DNA of 64,000 nt from Anthoceros angustus. Its lineage: Eukaryota; Plantae; Anthocerotophyta. Positions 47,401 through 57,469 of this stretch are shown piece by piece (position 1 is the stretch's first letter; every line of letters begins with the position of its first letter). Under the pieces are notes generated by a model. That model was given only the letters and a program-made list of their open reading frames with translations, had not been told where the DNA came from and did not search any database. Made by a program: the position numbers and the translations under genes. The DNA is taken from assembly GCA_010909165.1 (NCBI GenBank), contig MU008167.1:124001-188000 (forward strand), given 5' to 3'.

Positions 47401-48199
47401 AGGGAAGTCTGGACTTCCAGCATCGTTTTTGGCGGCACGCGAACGGCCCTCGGCCTTTTCTGTGAAACCAGCAACAAAATTTGGAACAGGATGATGATTT
47501 CACACACCCGCAGCCGCTGTTCCGTTCCTGTTCCGTTTTGCCCCTTTATAATTATCACCTCCCTTGCTCCTTTTTTGACCTCTCGCTTCCAACAACTTCC
47601 CAACATATTTATGTTTTGCGCATAAGTATACCCATGACATCAACATCCTGGCACAGTAGCATCTTCCAGCCAATGGATCTTTCTCTTCTTATAAGGCTTC
47701 AAAAGTGAGTGCATAGCTATTAAGCTTGCTCCAAGCCAAGCTTGGTGACCTATATTTCTTGGAAAAGTTTAGTGTGCAAACACAAAAAGCTTGAATTGGT
47801 GGTGTTTGGCCCTTGTTCATGCAATTTTCATTGACATCATGATTGATTGAAAATTATTTATCTTGTTTGAATTTTACCTTTACATTCATCCAGACCATTT
47901 TATTGCAATCTATGTAGTTATCATATTTCAATCCCATGACGGAAATCCGTCCTTAGTGGACTTAAATAAAATTCTTCTTCTTCTTCTTGAATTGGTGTTG
48001 ATTAGGTTCAATTTTCATGAACAACTTTATATTTATTCTTATGGAGACATTTCTACCACCAAACACTATTGTTGTACCATACAACCTCTATGTCCAAAGC
48101 TTCAAGGGTACTATACAACCTCTATGTCCAAAGCTTCAAGGGAAGGAAGCGCGCACTATGATATTATGATATTTGTAGCCATCCGTGATATTACGTGAC

Positions 48200-48690
48200 C
48201 TTTTGCTTAACTACCACACGTTCTAACAAACAAACCAAGAATTTATTTTAAGTCCAAGAGGGCCTAAACTTGCGACCGTCAGGTTAACAACCACACGTTT
48301 TAACAAACAAACAAACAAACAAACAATTTATTTTAAGTCCATGAGGGCCCGAATGTGCAACCGTGTGGTTAACAGCCACACGTTCCAACAGACAATGAGA
48401 TAATTTATTTCAAAGAGACAATTTATTTCAAGTCTAGGAGGGCCTAAGCGTGCGACCTTGTGGTTAACAACCACACATTCCAACCAATATTCCAACAAAC
48501 AAGTAGACAATTTAGCCCTCCTAAGCGTGCGACCTTGTGGTTAACAACCACACATTCCAACCAACATTCCAATAAACAAGTAGACAATTTATTTCAAGAC
48601 CAGGAGGGCTTGAACCTGCGACTTTGTGGTCAACAGCCACACGTTGTAACAAACAAACAAACAAACAATTTATTTTAAGTCCACTAAGGA
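48200..48690. repeat. Degenerate ~60-70-bp tandem array inside the repeated element (mirrored at ~45565-46035)
   Basis: ggttaacaaccacac...aacaaacaaac...atttatttt.agtc repeats. Confidence 0.75.
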
Positions 48691-50457
48691 CGGATATGTA
48701 GCCATGGGACTCGGTACTTGGGGCAACTTGTTCTATGGAGTGAGCTAGGCTACTAGCACCAGAGGCATTCCTCTCCAAAAACCCCATCCAAGTCCTGCTT
48801 GTAGTGTAGAGCGCTTAACTACGACATTCTCAAAGTATGTGTGTCCACTTGGCCTAAGCCATTTGGACACAACCAACTTAGCTACTCCAGCTCTCTAAAT
48901 TACTTTAAATTTGGACCGCAATGGCAAGAAACTACTTAGACGAATAGGTGCAATAATGTCTAGGCCTCCCACCACGCGTGGCAGACCAGGGGACTACGTG
49001 GAAGAATAGGTGCGCCAGTGTCTTGGCCTCCCACCACGTGTGGCCGACCAAGTGGTTAGCATTCACGAGTATCTCTCTCCGCTGGCGTAAGTTGGAACGT
49101 ACCCTCTTCTTCGCACAGTCTTTTCCCAGGCAGGCGGTATTATCTTCACTTGAAGAACGTCTTCCTCAATGTTCAACAATTCTAGACAAGATGCATGATC
49201 TCCATGAAATCTTTGAGTGTTGCTCTCACTGCACGCGCTCTGAAAGATTTGTAATTTTTATTTACCAATTAAATAAAATAGAATTCGTACCACAAAAGCA
49301 TTTATTCTAACCAAGGCAAAAATTAGTTATGTCAATGCTAACTAGAGTCATCGTATGAATGGCTTGTGTTTTAATAATAGTCTTGCGACAAACTAATTGA
49401 ACAATGACGCAGTTAGAAGTGTTAAATAGGTAGCTCACTTGATCAACCATGGATTCTATTTACACGTAATTGACCAAAACTTAAGGCTACTTGGCAAATT
49501 GTTATTTAGTGGTCATGATCCTTATCTTTTGCAACAATGAAAGGTGCTAACATAGAGTAGCATATTAGACTTGCTGAGTTCTTGACTGTCATCCAACGCT
49601 ACTTGAAAACAAAGGAGCCATGAACACAAATTAACATGCCTAAAGGTATCAAAATAATAGTTGTTCTAGTAAAAGGGTTTGAAGGTATTGTACGGAATCT
49701 CATAAAGATGACTTATGATCAGCACAAAATCAAACAAATCGTAGTTGATATAGCTATTAGGCACATGCTCCCTAATGAATTATTGTTTTTGGGTGCAAGT
49801 TATTAAGAAAAGTTAAAATTAACTCAAAAACTTAAACACTTCAAAAAACATGTATAATATGTATATGTAGATAGGAATGAAGAACCCTAATGAACCGTGT
49901 GATGTATTTATCCATATTAATATAAATGATATTATACTAATTTTAATAAATTTCAATAAACTATCTTCTCTCTTCCTCTTCTAACGAAGTGCATAGGCCT
50001 TTCTTAGGGATAGATAGGCTTCCATATTCCCGGTATGAAATCATATGTGCAATACGTAAATTTCATATTACTATGATTTAAGAATCATTACATATGGAAC
50101 TATTTGGAGAGATGTCTCTTCAACGTTTCTTCAGTGTCTGGAATGGCCATGAATTCCAAGCATGTGTGAGCGGGTATCCAGGGTTTTCACAGGCTAGATA
50201 TTGGAAGATGTTTTGGCTCACAGTTTGCAAGGCGGTAGCCATAACTTAAGCGCTTGTGTGGATGCCCAGTGCATCCTATATATTGATTTTGTATTCAGAA
50301 GTACATGGCAATATTGATTTTGTATTCAGAAGTACATGGTAATCTCATCAGGAATAAGCCAAGATCTTGTATCCTTCAATCCTTTATTCAGCCCCTTCAT
50401 GGCGCTCGGAGCCATTTATGTGTCGAAAATAGCTTGATCTTCTATGCAAGGGCGATT

Positions 50458-50578
50458 GTGTGGAGTGAAGGCTGGAACACCATTGCTGTTTGGAGTGAAG
50501 GCTGGAACACCATTGCTGTTTGGAGTGAAGGCTGGAACACCATTGCTGTTTGGAGTGAAGGCTGGAACACCATTGCTG
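50458..50578. repeat. 30-bp tandem repeat, 4 copies
   Basis: tggagtgaaggctggaacaccattgctgtt occurs 4 times (last copy ends gat). Confidence 0.95.
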
Positions 50579-51070
50579 ATCGTTCTTGTGAAGGTTGTTG
50601 AAACAGCCTCGATTGTTGTGAACTGTAGTATTTAGTCCTTCTTAAACTGACATCGAGATAGCATCTTGGATCATACCATGACATTATGAGGGTATATACC
50701 GTGTATATGTCCTCATGCCTGACCCATTGACGCACATATGTAGGTCTTCTCCAACATATCCGTGTGTGTTTACCCATCATAGCATTTCTTTTGGAACCAA
50801 GTAGAGTTCTGAATGGTGTATGTATGAAACAATTACCATGCCCTCACCTTGCCTATCTGTGTGCATGTAGGTAAGTGTGGGCCTCGTTAAGTCTGAGCAA
50901 CTTTAACATGACGTAGTTGTCATTTGCAAGATATATCTCACAAATTATCTTCTGGTATTAGGTGGTATCATCCCTATTCCTTGTATGCAATAAAAAGCTT
51001 AATAATATTTCTACAAGTTTTCATACTAGGAAAAAGATTGAACATTTGAACTTGAACTTGAAGATTGGAA

Positions 51071-51139
51071 AGCCCATATATGTAGATGTGAGAAGCCCAC
51101 ATATGTAGATGTGAGAAGCCCACATATGTAGATGTGAGA
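51071..51139. repeat. 24-bp tandem repeat, 3 copies
   Basis: agcccacatatgtagatgtgagaa occurs 3 times. Confidence 0.9.
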
Positions 51140-51641
51140 GTGATGCCCAATTGACAAGACAAGTGAGATGAAGTTACACACTCAAGCCTCTATTCAAAGA
51201 TTCATGATTCAAGGCTCGAAATCAGAACAGCCGCCCCGCGTATATTACAACCAGCGTAAGACCACGTATTGGATTTAATCACTTTTGTTGCTGACAGCCA
51301 CAAGCATCTTGCATACAATGTTCTTTAGGCTCTGTGCCAGCGGCTTGAATCTTTTCGTGCGTTGCATGAACACAGGCTTTCAGGGCGTATGGGGATACTA
51401 AATTCAGGTTTCAAAAACCCATGTTGACATGTGCCACATCGGGCACTGAACATATGAGCCTAGTTGTTGAGTTCTCTAACAAACCATCTCCTCCGGGCGA
51501 AGCATCCTCTGTAGAACCTTGTATTGTCGAAGGATGTCAAGAATATACCTGTATTGATGTGAGCCCCTGTGTTAATGTCCCGTCAACAAAATTCAGGGAC
51601 TGCAGGAAGAGCTTCCACTTTCCTGACTTCAAAGGACCCAG

Positions 51642-54600
51642 ATGTCGGCAATTAACAGGCAAGCCATGCCATGCAGCAGCTGTGCAAGAAGTCCAGCCCG
51701 CTGTCAGGAGCCCTTATGGCGACAGTTCTTTGGGAAGCCCAGGGTTGGGTGGCATGCGCAGCTTGGTGCTCTGGATATGGAGATGGATTGTCGTGCCCTG
51801 GAACCCAAGTGGAGCTTGCTGGATGATCCGGACCTTAGCAGGCCTGCAGGTTACGAGAAGGCTGTAAAGGCTCAAACTGTGCTGAATTTATGCCATCAGG
51901 GCAGTCTCAGTGATGCTGTTGAGGCTCTGGGAGTTCTGGTGCAGACAGGCTGTCGAATATCCAAATCTGTCTTCTATGTCGTGCTGAAGAAATGTGTAGG
52001 CAAAAAGGACCTTGCGCTGGGCCGCCGGGTACATGCTCTCTCGGTGATACACGGGTATGAATCGGACACGTTCCTGTGCAATCACCTTCTGCGAATGTAT
52101 GCTTCTCATGGCAGGTTACAGGATGCGATGGATGTGTTCACCATGGTTGCCAAACCGGATACCTTCATGTGGTCCTCCATAATTTATGTGCACGTTAAGC
52201 GGGGAGAGGACAAGAAGGCCATACAACTGTACCATCGGATGCGCAGGTCAAGTGTGAAGCCAGATGGTCATGTATTTGTGGCAGCCCTTCAGGCTTGTGC
52301 GATGGGTCCGCATCTGGAAACTGGGCAGCAGGTGCATGCAGATGTGTTGGCTGGTGGATTTGGGGATGATCTCTTTGTCTGTAACAGCTTGGTGGACATG
52401 TATGCGAAGTGTGGCAGTTTAGAGGCTGCTCAGAGTGTGTTTGATGGACTTGGTGAAAAGAATGTGGTAACGTGGAATGCTTTGATAGCAGGGTATTCGC
52501 AGCATGGAAAGGGCCAAGAAGCCATTCGTCTGTACAATGTTATGCAAGATGATGGCATCGTTGCACCCGATTCTGTGACATTCTTGTGCCTCCTGCAGGC
52601 ATGTGCAAGTGTAGGCAGCCTGGCTTTGGAGGTGGGGCAGCAGCTTCATGCGCAAATCAGAGGAGGTGGACATGAAGCTGACGTGTTTCTAGCCAACAGT
52701 CTGGTAAACATGTATGCAAAATGCGGTAGCTTGGTCGCAGCTCGAACAGTGTTTGACAAGCTTCGTAAAAAAGATGTAGTAACTTGGAATGCCATGATAG
52801 CAGGGTATTCCCAGCATGGGATGGGCAAGGACGCGCTTTGTCTGTACAGAGAAATGCAAGATGAAGGCATCATGGCCCCCGATGCTGTGACATTTGTGTG
52901 CCTGCTGCAGGCATGTGCAGGTATGGGCAAACCAGCTTTGGAGAAGGGGAAACAGATCCATGCACACATTAGTGAACAAGGACATCAAGCTGATGTCGCT
53001 GTAGCTGGCAGTTTGGTCAACATGTATGCAAAGTGTGGCAGCCTCGAGGACGCTCAGAGAGTTTTTGACAAACTCGGTAAAAAATCCGTGGTGACCTGGA
53101 CTGCTCTTATTGCAGGGTATTCTCAGCAGGGCATGGGTCAGGAAGCCCTTCATCTTTACAGTTCTATGCAAGAGGGGGCCATAGCCGTACCCAATTCGGT
53201 GACATTCGTGTGTCTGCTGCAGGCATGTGCAAGCATCGGCACCCTGGCTTTGGAGAAAGGTAAGCAGCTTCATGCAGAAATCAGAGAACGAGGACTCCAA
53301 GCTGATGTCACTGTAGCCAATAGTTTGGTCAACATGTATGCAAAGTGCGGCAGCCTAGAAGATGCTCGTGGAGTGTTTGACAAAATTTTGCAAAAAGATG
53401 TGGTTACGTGGAATGCCATGATAGCAGGGTACTCCCAGCAGGGCATGGGCCAGGATGCCCTTTATCTTTACAGGGAGATGCAAGATGAAGGCACTGTTGC
53501 TGGTCCTGTGACATATGCGTCGCTCCTGCAGGCATGTGGAAGTGTGGGCACCCCAGCTGTGGAGACCGGGAAGCAGCTACATGTGCAAATTAGAGAACGA
53601 GGACACCAGGACGATGTACTTGTAGCCAACAGTTTAGTAAACATGTATGCCAAGTGTGGCAGCCTGGAGGATGCTCATAGACTGTTTGACGGACTTGTTC
53701 AAAAAGATGTGGTGACGTGGAATGCCATGATAGCAGGGTATTCCCAACAGGGCATGGGTCAGGCAGCCCTTCATCTCTACAGTGCCATGCAAGAGGAAGG
53801 CATGGCTGTACCCAATTCAGTGACTTATATCTGCCTTCTGCAGGCATGTGCAAGAATTGGCACCCCAGCTTTGGGGACGGGGATACAGCTTCATGAGGAA
53901 ATTAGAGGACAAGTACATGAAACTGATGCATTTGTAGCCAACAGCTTGGTAAACATGTATGCAAAGTGTGGCAGCCTGGAAGATGCGCAGAGAGTGTTTG
54001 ATGGACTTGGTCAAAAAGATGTCGCGACCTGGAACGCCATGATAGCAGGGTATTCCCAGCAGGGAATGGGCCAGGAAGCACTTTGTCTTTACAGTGCAAT
54101 GCAACAAGATAGCATGGCGGTCCCTGATAGTGTGACATTTGTGTGCCTCCTGCAGGCATGTGCAAGTGTGGGCACCCCAGCTTTGGAGACGGGGAAGCAG
54201 CTTCATCTGCAGATTAGAGACCGAGGACATGAAGCTGATGGGTTTGTAGCCAACAGCCTGGTAGACATGTATGCCAAGTGTGGCAGCCTCAAGGATGCTC
54301 AGAGCATGTTCGATGAACTTGGTCAAAAAAGTGTGGTGACATGGACTGCCATGATAGCAGGGTATACCCAGCAGGGCAAGGGCCAGGAAGCCCTTCTTCT
54401 GTACAATGCTATGCTTGAAGAAGGCATCGCCGTACCCAATTCGGTGACCTTTGTGTGCCTTCTGAGGGCATGTGCAGATGATGCAGCTCTGCATGTGGGA
54501 AGGCAGCTACATTCTCAAATTGAAGAACAAGGGCTTCAGTCTGATGTGTCTGTGGCTGGCAGTTTGATAAATATGTACGGAAAGTCCGGGAGCATGATTG

Positions 54601-55334
54601 ATGCTCAGCAAGTGTTTGACGCATTAGTCGAAAGAGATGTTGTCACCTGGAATGCACTGATCGCAGGATACACCTGTCAAGGTGACAGTGAAGTCGTGTT
54701 TGGCTTGGTGGAGAGAATGAAAGAGGATGGCATACAGCCGGTGGGCATCACATTCCTCAGCGTACTGAATGTATGCAGTCATGCAGGGCTAGTGGACAAA
54801 GGAAGTGAGTACTTCGATTGTATGTGCAGAGACTACAGCGTCACTCCCACAGTGGAACACTACACATGCCTGGTGGATCTCCTGGGCCGTGCCGGCCGAC
54901 TCGATGAGGCACTAGCTTTGGTAAGAACAATGTCCTTACTGCCCAACGCTGCAATTTGGCACACTCTCTTGGGTGCCTGCCGAAAGTGGACCAACGTGGG
55001 CGTGGGATGCCATGCCTTCACTGAAGCAATGAAGCTAGACAGCCAAGATGCTGCAGCATACTTGTTGATGTCAAACATATACACCAGTGCCAGGATGTGG
55101 GAGCAGGCACAGGAGATGCACGCCAGGAGAGAAAGAGTCGGTGCATGGAAGCAGCCAGGACAGAGCTGGTGGACAGACTTGGACGGACTGATGCACATTT
55201 TTGTTGTTGGCGATAGGAAGCATCCCAAGAGTCAAGCAAGGCTGGATCTGGTATTCTCGAAAGTAAAGAAATGTGTAGACTTGTCATCGTCAGAAACGGC
55301 AGTTGATTCTGTCACTGGCACCGCGCGCGTTTGA
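51642..55334 (+). CDS. Long PLS-class PPR protein (~29 motifs) with E1-E2/partial E+ (PGQSWW box) and no DYW
   Basis: Intronless 1230-aa ORF with ~312-bp S-P-L units, HYTCLVDLLGRAG and AWKQPGQSWWTD...HP. Confidence 0.94.
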   Translation: MSAINRQAMPCSSCARSPARCQEPLWRQFFGKPRVGWHAQLGALDMEMDCRALEPKWSLLDDPDLSRPAGYEKAVKAQTVLNLCHQGSLSDAVEALGVLVQTGCRISKSVFYVVLKKCVGKKDLALGRRVHALSVIHGYESDTFLCNHLLRMYASHGRLQDAMDVFTMVAKPDTFMWSSIIYVHVKRGEDKKAIQLYHRMRRSSVKPDGHVFVAALQACAMGPHLETGQQVHADVLAGGFGDDLFVCNSLVDMYAKCGSLEAAQSVFDGLGEKNVVTWNALIAGYSQHGKGQEAIRLYNVMQDDGIVAPDSVTFLCLLQACASVGSLALEVGQQLHAQIRGGGHEADVFLANSLVNMYAKCGSLVAARTVFDKLRKKDVVTWNAMIAGYSQHGMGKDALCLYREMQDEGIMAPDAVTFVCLLQACAGMGKPALEKGKQIHAHISEQGHQADVAVAGSLVNMYAKCGSLEDAQRVFDKLGKKSVVTWTALIAGYSQQGMGQEALHLYSSMQEGAIAVPNSVTFVCLLQACASIGTLALEKGKQLHAEIRERGLQADVTVANSLVNMYAKCGSLEDARGVFDKILQKDVVTWNAMIAGYSQQGMGQDALYLYREMQDEGTVAGPVTYASLLQACGSVGTPAVETGKQLHVQIRERGHQDDVLVANSLVNMYAKCGSLEDAHRLFDGLVQKDVVTWNAMIAGYSQQGMGQAALHLYSAMQEEGMAVPNSVTYICLLQACARIGTPALGTGIQLHEEIRGQVHETDAFVANSLVNMYAKCGSLEDAQRVFDGLGQKDVATWNAMIAGYSQQGMGQEALCLYSAMQQDSMAVPDSVTFVCLLQACASVGTPALETGKQLHLQIRDRGHEADGFVANSLVDMYAKCGSLKDAQSMFDELGQKSVVTWTAMIAGYTQQGKGQEALLLYNAMLEEGIAVPNSVTFVCLLRACADDAALHVGRQLHSQIEEQGLQSDVSVAGSLINMYGKSGSMIDAQQVFDALVERDVVTWNALIAGYTCQGDSEVVFGLVERMKEDGIQPVGITFLSVLNVCSHAGLVDKGSEYFDCMCRDYSVTPTVEHYTCLVDLLGRAGRLDEALALVRTMSLLPNAAIWHTLLGACRKWTNVGVGCHAFTEAMKLDSQDAAAYLLMSNIYTSARMWEQAQEMHARRERVGAWKQPGQSWWTDLDGLMHIFVVGDRKHPKSQARLDLVFSKVKKCVDLSSSETAVDSVTGTARV

Positions 55335-55472
55335 AAGCACAGGTATACGCTTCTCTTGTTTCAGCTTCTGTGGCGGGTGAATCTTCTTAACAGTGATGAC
55401 TGCCTCGTCAAACCGTTTCTGCAAGCAAGAAACACGTTATCAGTCTTAAGAAACAGTCACAGACCTAAGTAG

Positions 55473-55643
55473 CATATGCTGAATTGCTAGTTGGACACAC
55501 CTGAGTGAATCATCTGGAGATGCAATCTGGTATGTTACTCGAACCCGGCTGAGGTCTTTCACAGACCATAGTAACACATATGCTGGATTGCTAGTTGGAC
55601 CCACCTGAGTGAGTAATCTGGAGATGCAATCTAGTATGTTACA
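55473..55643. repeat. ~66-bp direct repeat with a ~105-bp period
   Basis: catatgctg.attgctagttggac.cacctgagtga.t.atctggagatgcaatct.gtatgttac occurs twice. Confidence 0.8.
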
Positions 55644-56603
55644 CCAACCCAGCTGGAGTCTGTCTCCATACGATGCCACAAACAACTCCAGTACTGATCA
55701 GCAATATCAGAGTCAGCGTCTTCACACTTAACAGGAGCACCACCACTCGCAAAAGAAACAAAGCAGATATGAGTGTCCAGACCGAGCAACACACTGGAAG
55801 ACGTCGAAGAGTTGGCGCATCCTTGACAACAGAGTCTCCACACTTACTAATCGCCTTCAGCATTTGTGCAAAAGCCCCAGAAATGTACAACTATGCTGAG
55901 TTCCCCAGCCAGAGAATCATGGAAAACATTCTCATGGGAACCATCGGCTTCTGCAACTGTTACCCCCAAAAGACACTGATTGCATCACACAGCCTTGAAA
56001 GAACAAGTGTTTTAGCAAAGAGGCGGTGGCTCACATACACATGATATGTCATTCCGCCTTCATGCTGAACTAACTGTGAGACAATCAAACAAGGCACAGC
56101 ACACCATCATTCAGGAGCACATAAGAGATCCAACCTCGTGTACAACATCAGGTGTGCATCGTTTAATGCGGAATCCGACCAAGCTCGATCTTTCATACCT
56201 AAAGACTATGACGACAAGAAAATTGACGCCAATACCATGGCATCAGCGCGAGGCCAAGCGGATAGAGAGAATTCAAACGCTTGGACAAAAATACCCACTG
56301 TTACTACAGCATTTGACAACAGCTGCCATCAACTGCCCGAAATAAAGGAGTTCCAGGAAACGTCCGTAAACTCTTCCAGTGCACAGAACACCAAGCAAGT
56401 CACTAACTTTCTGGCAGCTGGACAGCAGGATGAAGAGGAGGAGGTACTTCAAAGTGACAGCCAGAAGGCGCTACTCACATTTCCCAGTTCCTGAAACTGA
56501 AGCCGTCCTTAAAGTCTACTCCATTTTTGGGTACTCCAGACATTCTGATCTGAGCTCTGAGAGAAAAGAGCTTGGAGTGGGCATATTTTTCTCCTCCTTA
56601 GAG

Positions 56604-56641
56604 TTCCGAGTTGATATGCTGTTAAGCATATCAACTCGGAA
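56604..56641. repeat. Perfect 17-bp-stem hairpin
   Basis: ttccgagttgatatgct-gtta-agcatatcaactcggaa. Confidence 0.95.
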
Positions 56642-56677
56642 GCATTAAGCACCGTTATTAGGCATCCTGCGCTTAGA

Positions 56678-56766
56678 TCTGTACTTAGATGGGTTCTGTA
56701 CCAAGTCCCATGACGGAAATCTGTTCTTAGTGAACTTAAATAAAATTCTTTTTCTTCTTCTTCACC
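56678..56766 (+). mobile_element. Copy of the dispersed (putative Helitron) terminus
   Basis: a|TCtgtacttagatggg...gtaccaagtcccatga...acttaaataaaattctt matches 184-310 and 43786-43840. Confidence 0.5.
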
Positions 56767-57079
56767 ACGGCTCCACTATCACCCACCCAATCGGATTGTG
56801 GCCTTGTCCCGAGGGCCTTGGGATTGCGGTCTCGTCTCCTATTGTTGCCATGAGTCCTTACATCTTGTGGGGCGGCGCTTTAAGCCAGCTCGCGCTTTTG
56901 ATATACGCTTGGAAATTGTTTAGGGATACTTTTGAGTGGATGATAAGGGGCCGTAAGGAGGCGACAGGTTCTCAAAAGGGCTATCAAAGGCCTTTCCAGG
57001 AAAACAAATACACGCTGTCGAAGAAGGGGGGTGAATTTGGACACGAGTAAACGACACTATTCCATCCTCATATGAATTA

Positions 57080-57170
57080 TTTGATGGGTCTTGATAGATT
57101 TCATCAAACTCCTTTGCCAAAGTTTCATACGTCTCTAAAACCGAAGGGATGAAGAGGTGACCCTTATGTA
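57080..57170 (-). mobile_element. Small degenerate RLE-domain fragment of a CRE-like element
   Basis: The minus strand reads GHLFIPSVLETYETLAKEF, similar to GHVFIPLALETYGAMGKDF. Confidence 0.5.
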
Positions 57171-57469
57171 TTTCTCTTTTATACCTTCACTTGACTCACT
57201 CTGGGCAGATCATGAGGCCGGGCAGCCCAGCGGGAGCTCGGGCGCGGCCCGGCAAGTAGGGCGTCACCACTGCTCCCACTCCACCATACCGCCGCACCGC
57301 ACCTCCGTCCCGTGATATTGAGAAGTAGTCGTTCGGTTAGAGTAGATCTATATTAGACCAGGTCAGAATGGCGGATTTGGTAGTAACAGGTTGTTTTGAT
57401 TTTCGAGGTTGGTCCCCTACTCAAATGAATGCACATATTGAGAAGTAGTCATTTGGTTAGGGCTGTCTA

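Larger units (their letters stand above)
41532..50995. repeat. Mosaic inverted/direct duplication of a ~4-kb repetitive element; core palindrome arms 44185-46893 and 47309-50149
   Basis: The arms are near-exact reverse complements. Additional minus-orientation pieces lie at 41955-42120, 42408-42668 and 43870-44058, and plus-orientation copies at 41532-41964, 42138-42412, 42657-43874 and 44050-44187. Confidence 0.9.

Noticed and set aside
41544-50780. Repeated short ORFs within the duplicated element (e.g. MEQDDDFTHP..., IAVWSEGWNT repeats)
   Set aside because: Frames are not conserved between copies, and the peptide repeats simply reflect DNA minisatellites.
56622-56634. ttaagcatatcaa matches the 5' region of 25-28S rRNA
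   Set aside because: The match is only 13 nt, the flanks are not rRNA-like, and it is one arm of a hairpin.
55446-56648. Short ORFs downstream of the long PPR gene
   Set aside because: No domain or consistent exon chain was recognised. A non-coding or unrecognised small gene cannot be excluded.
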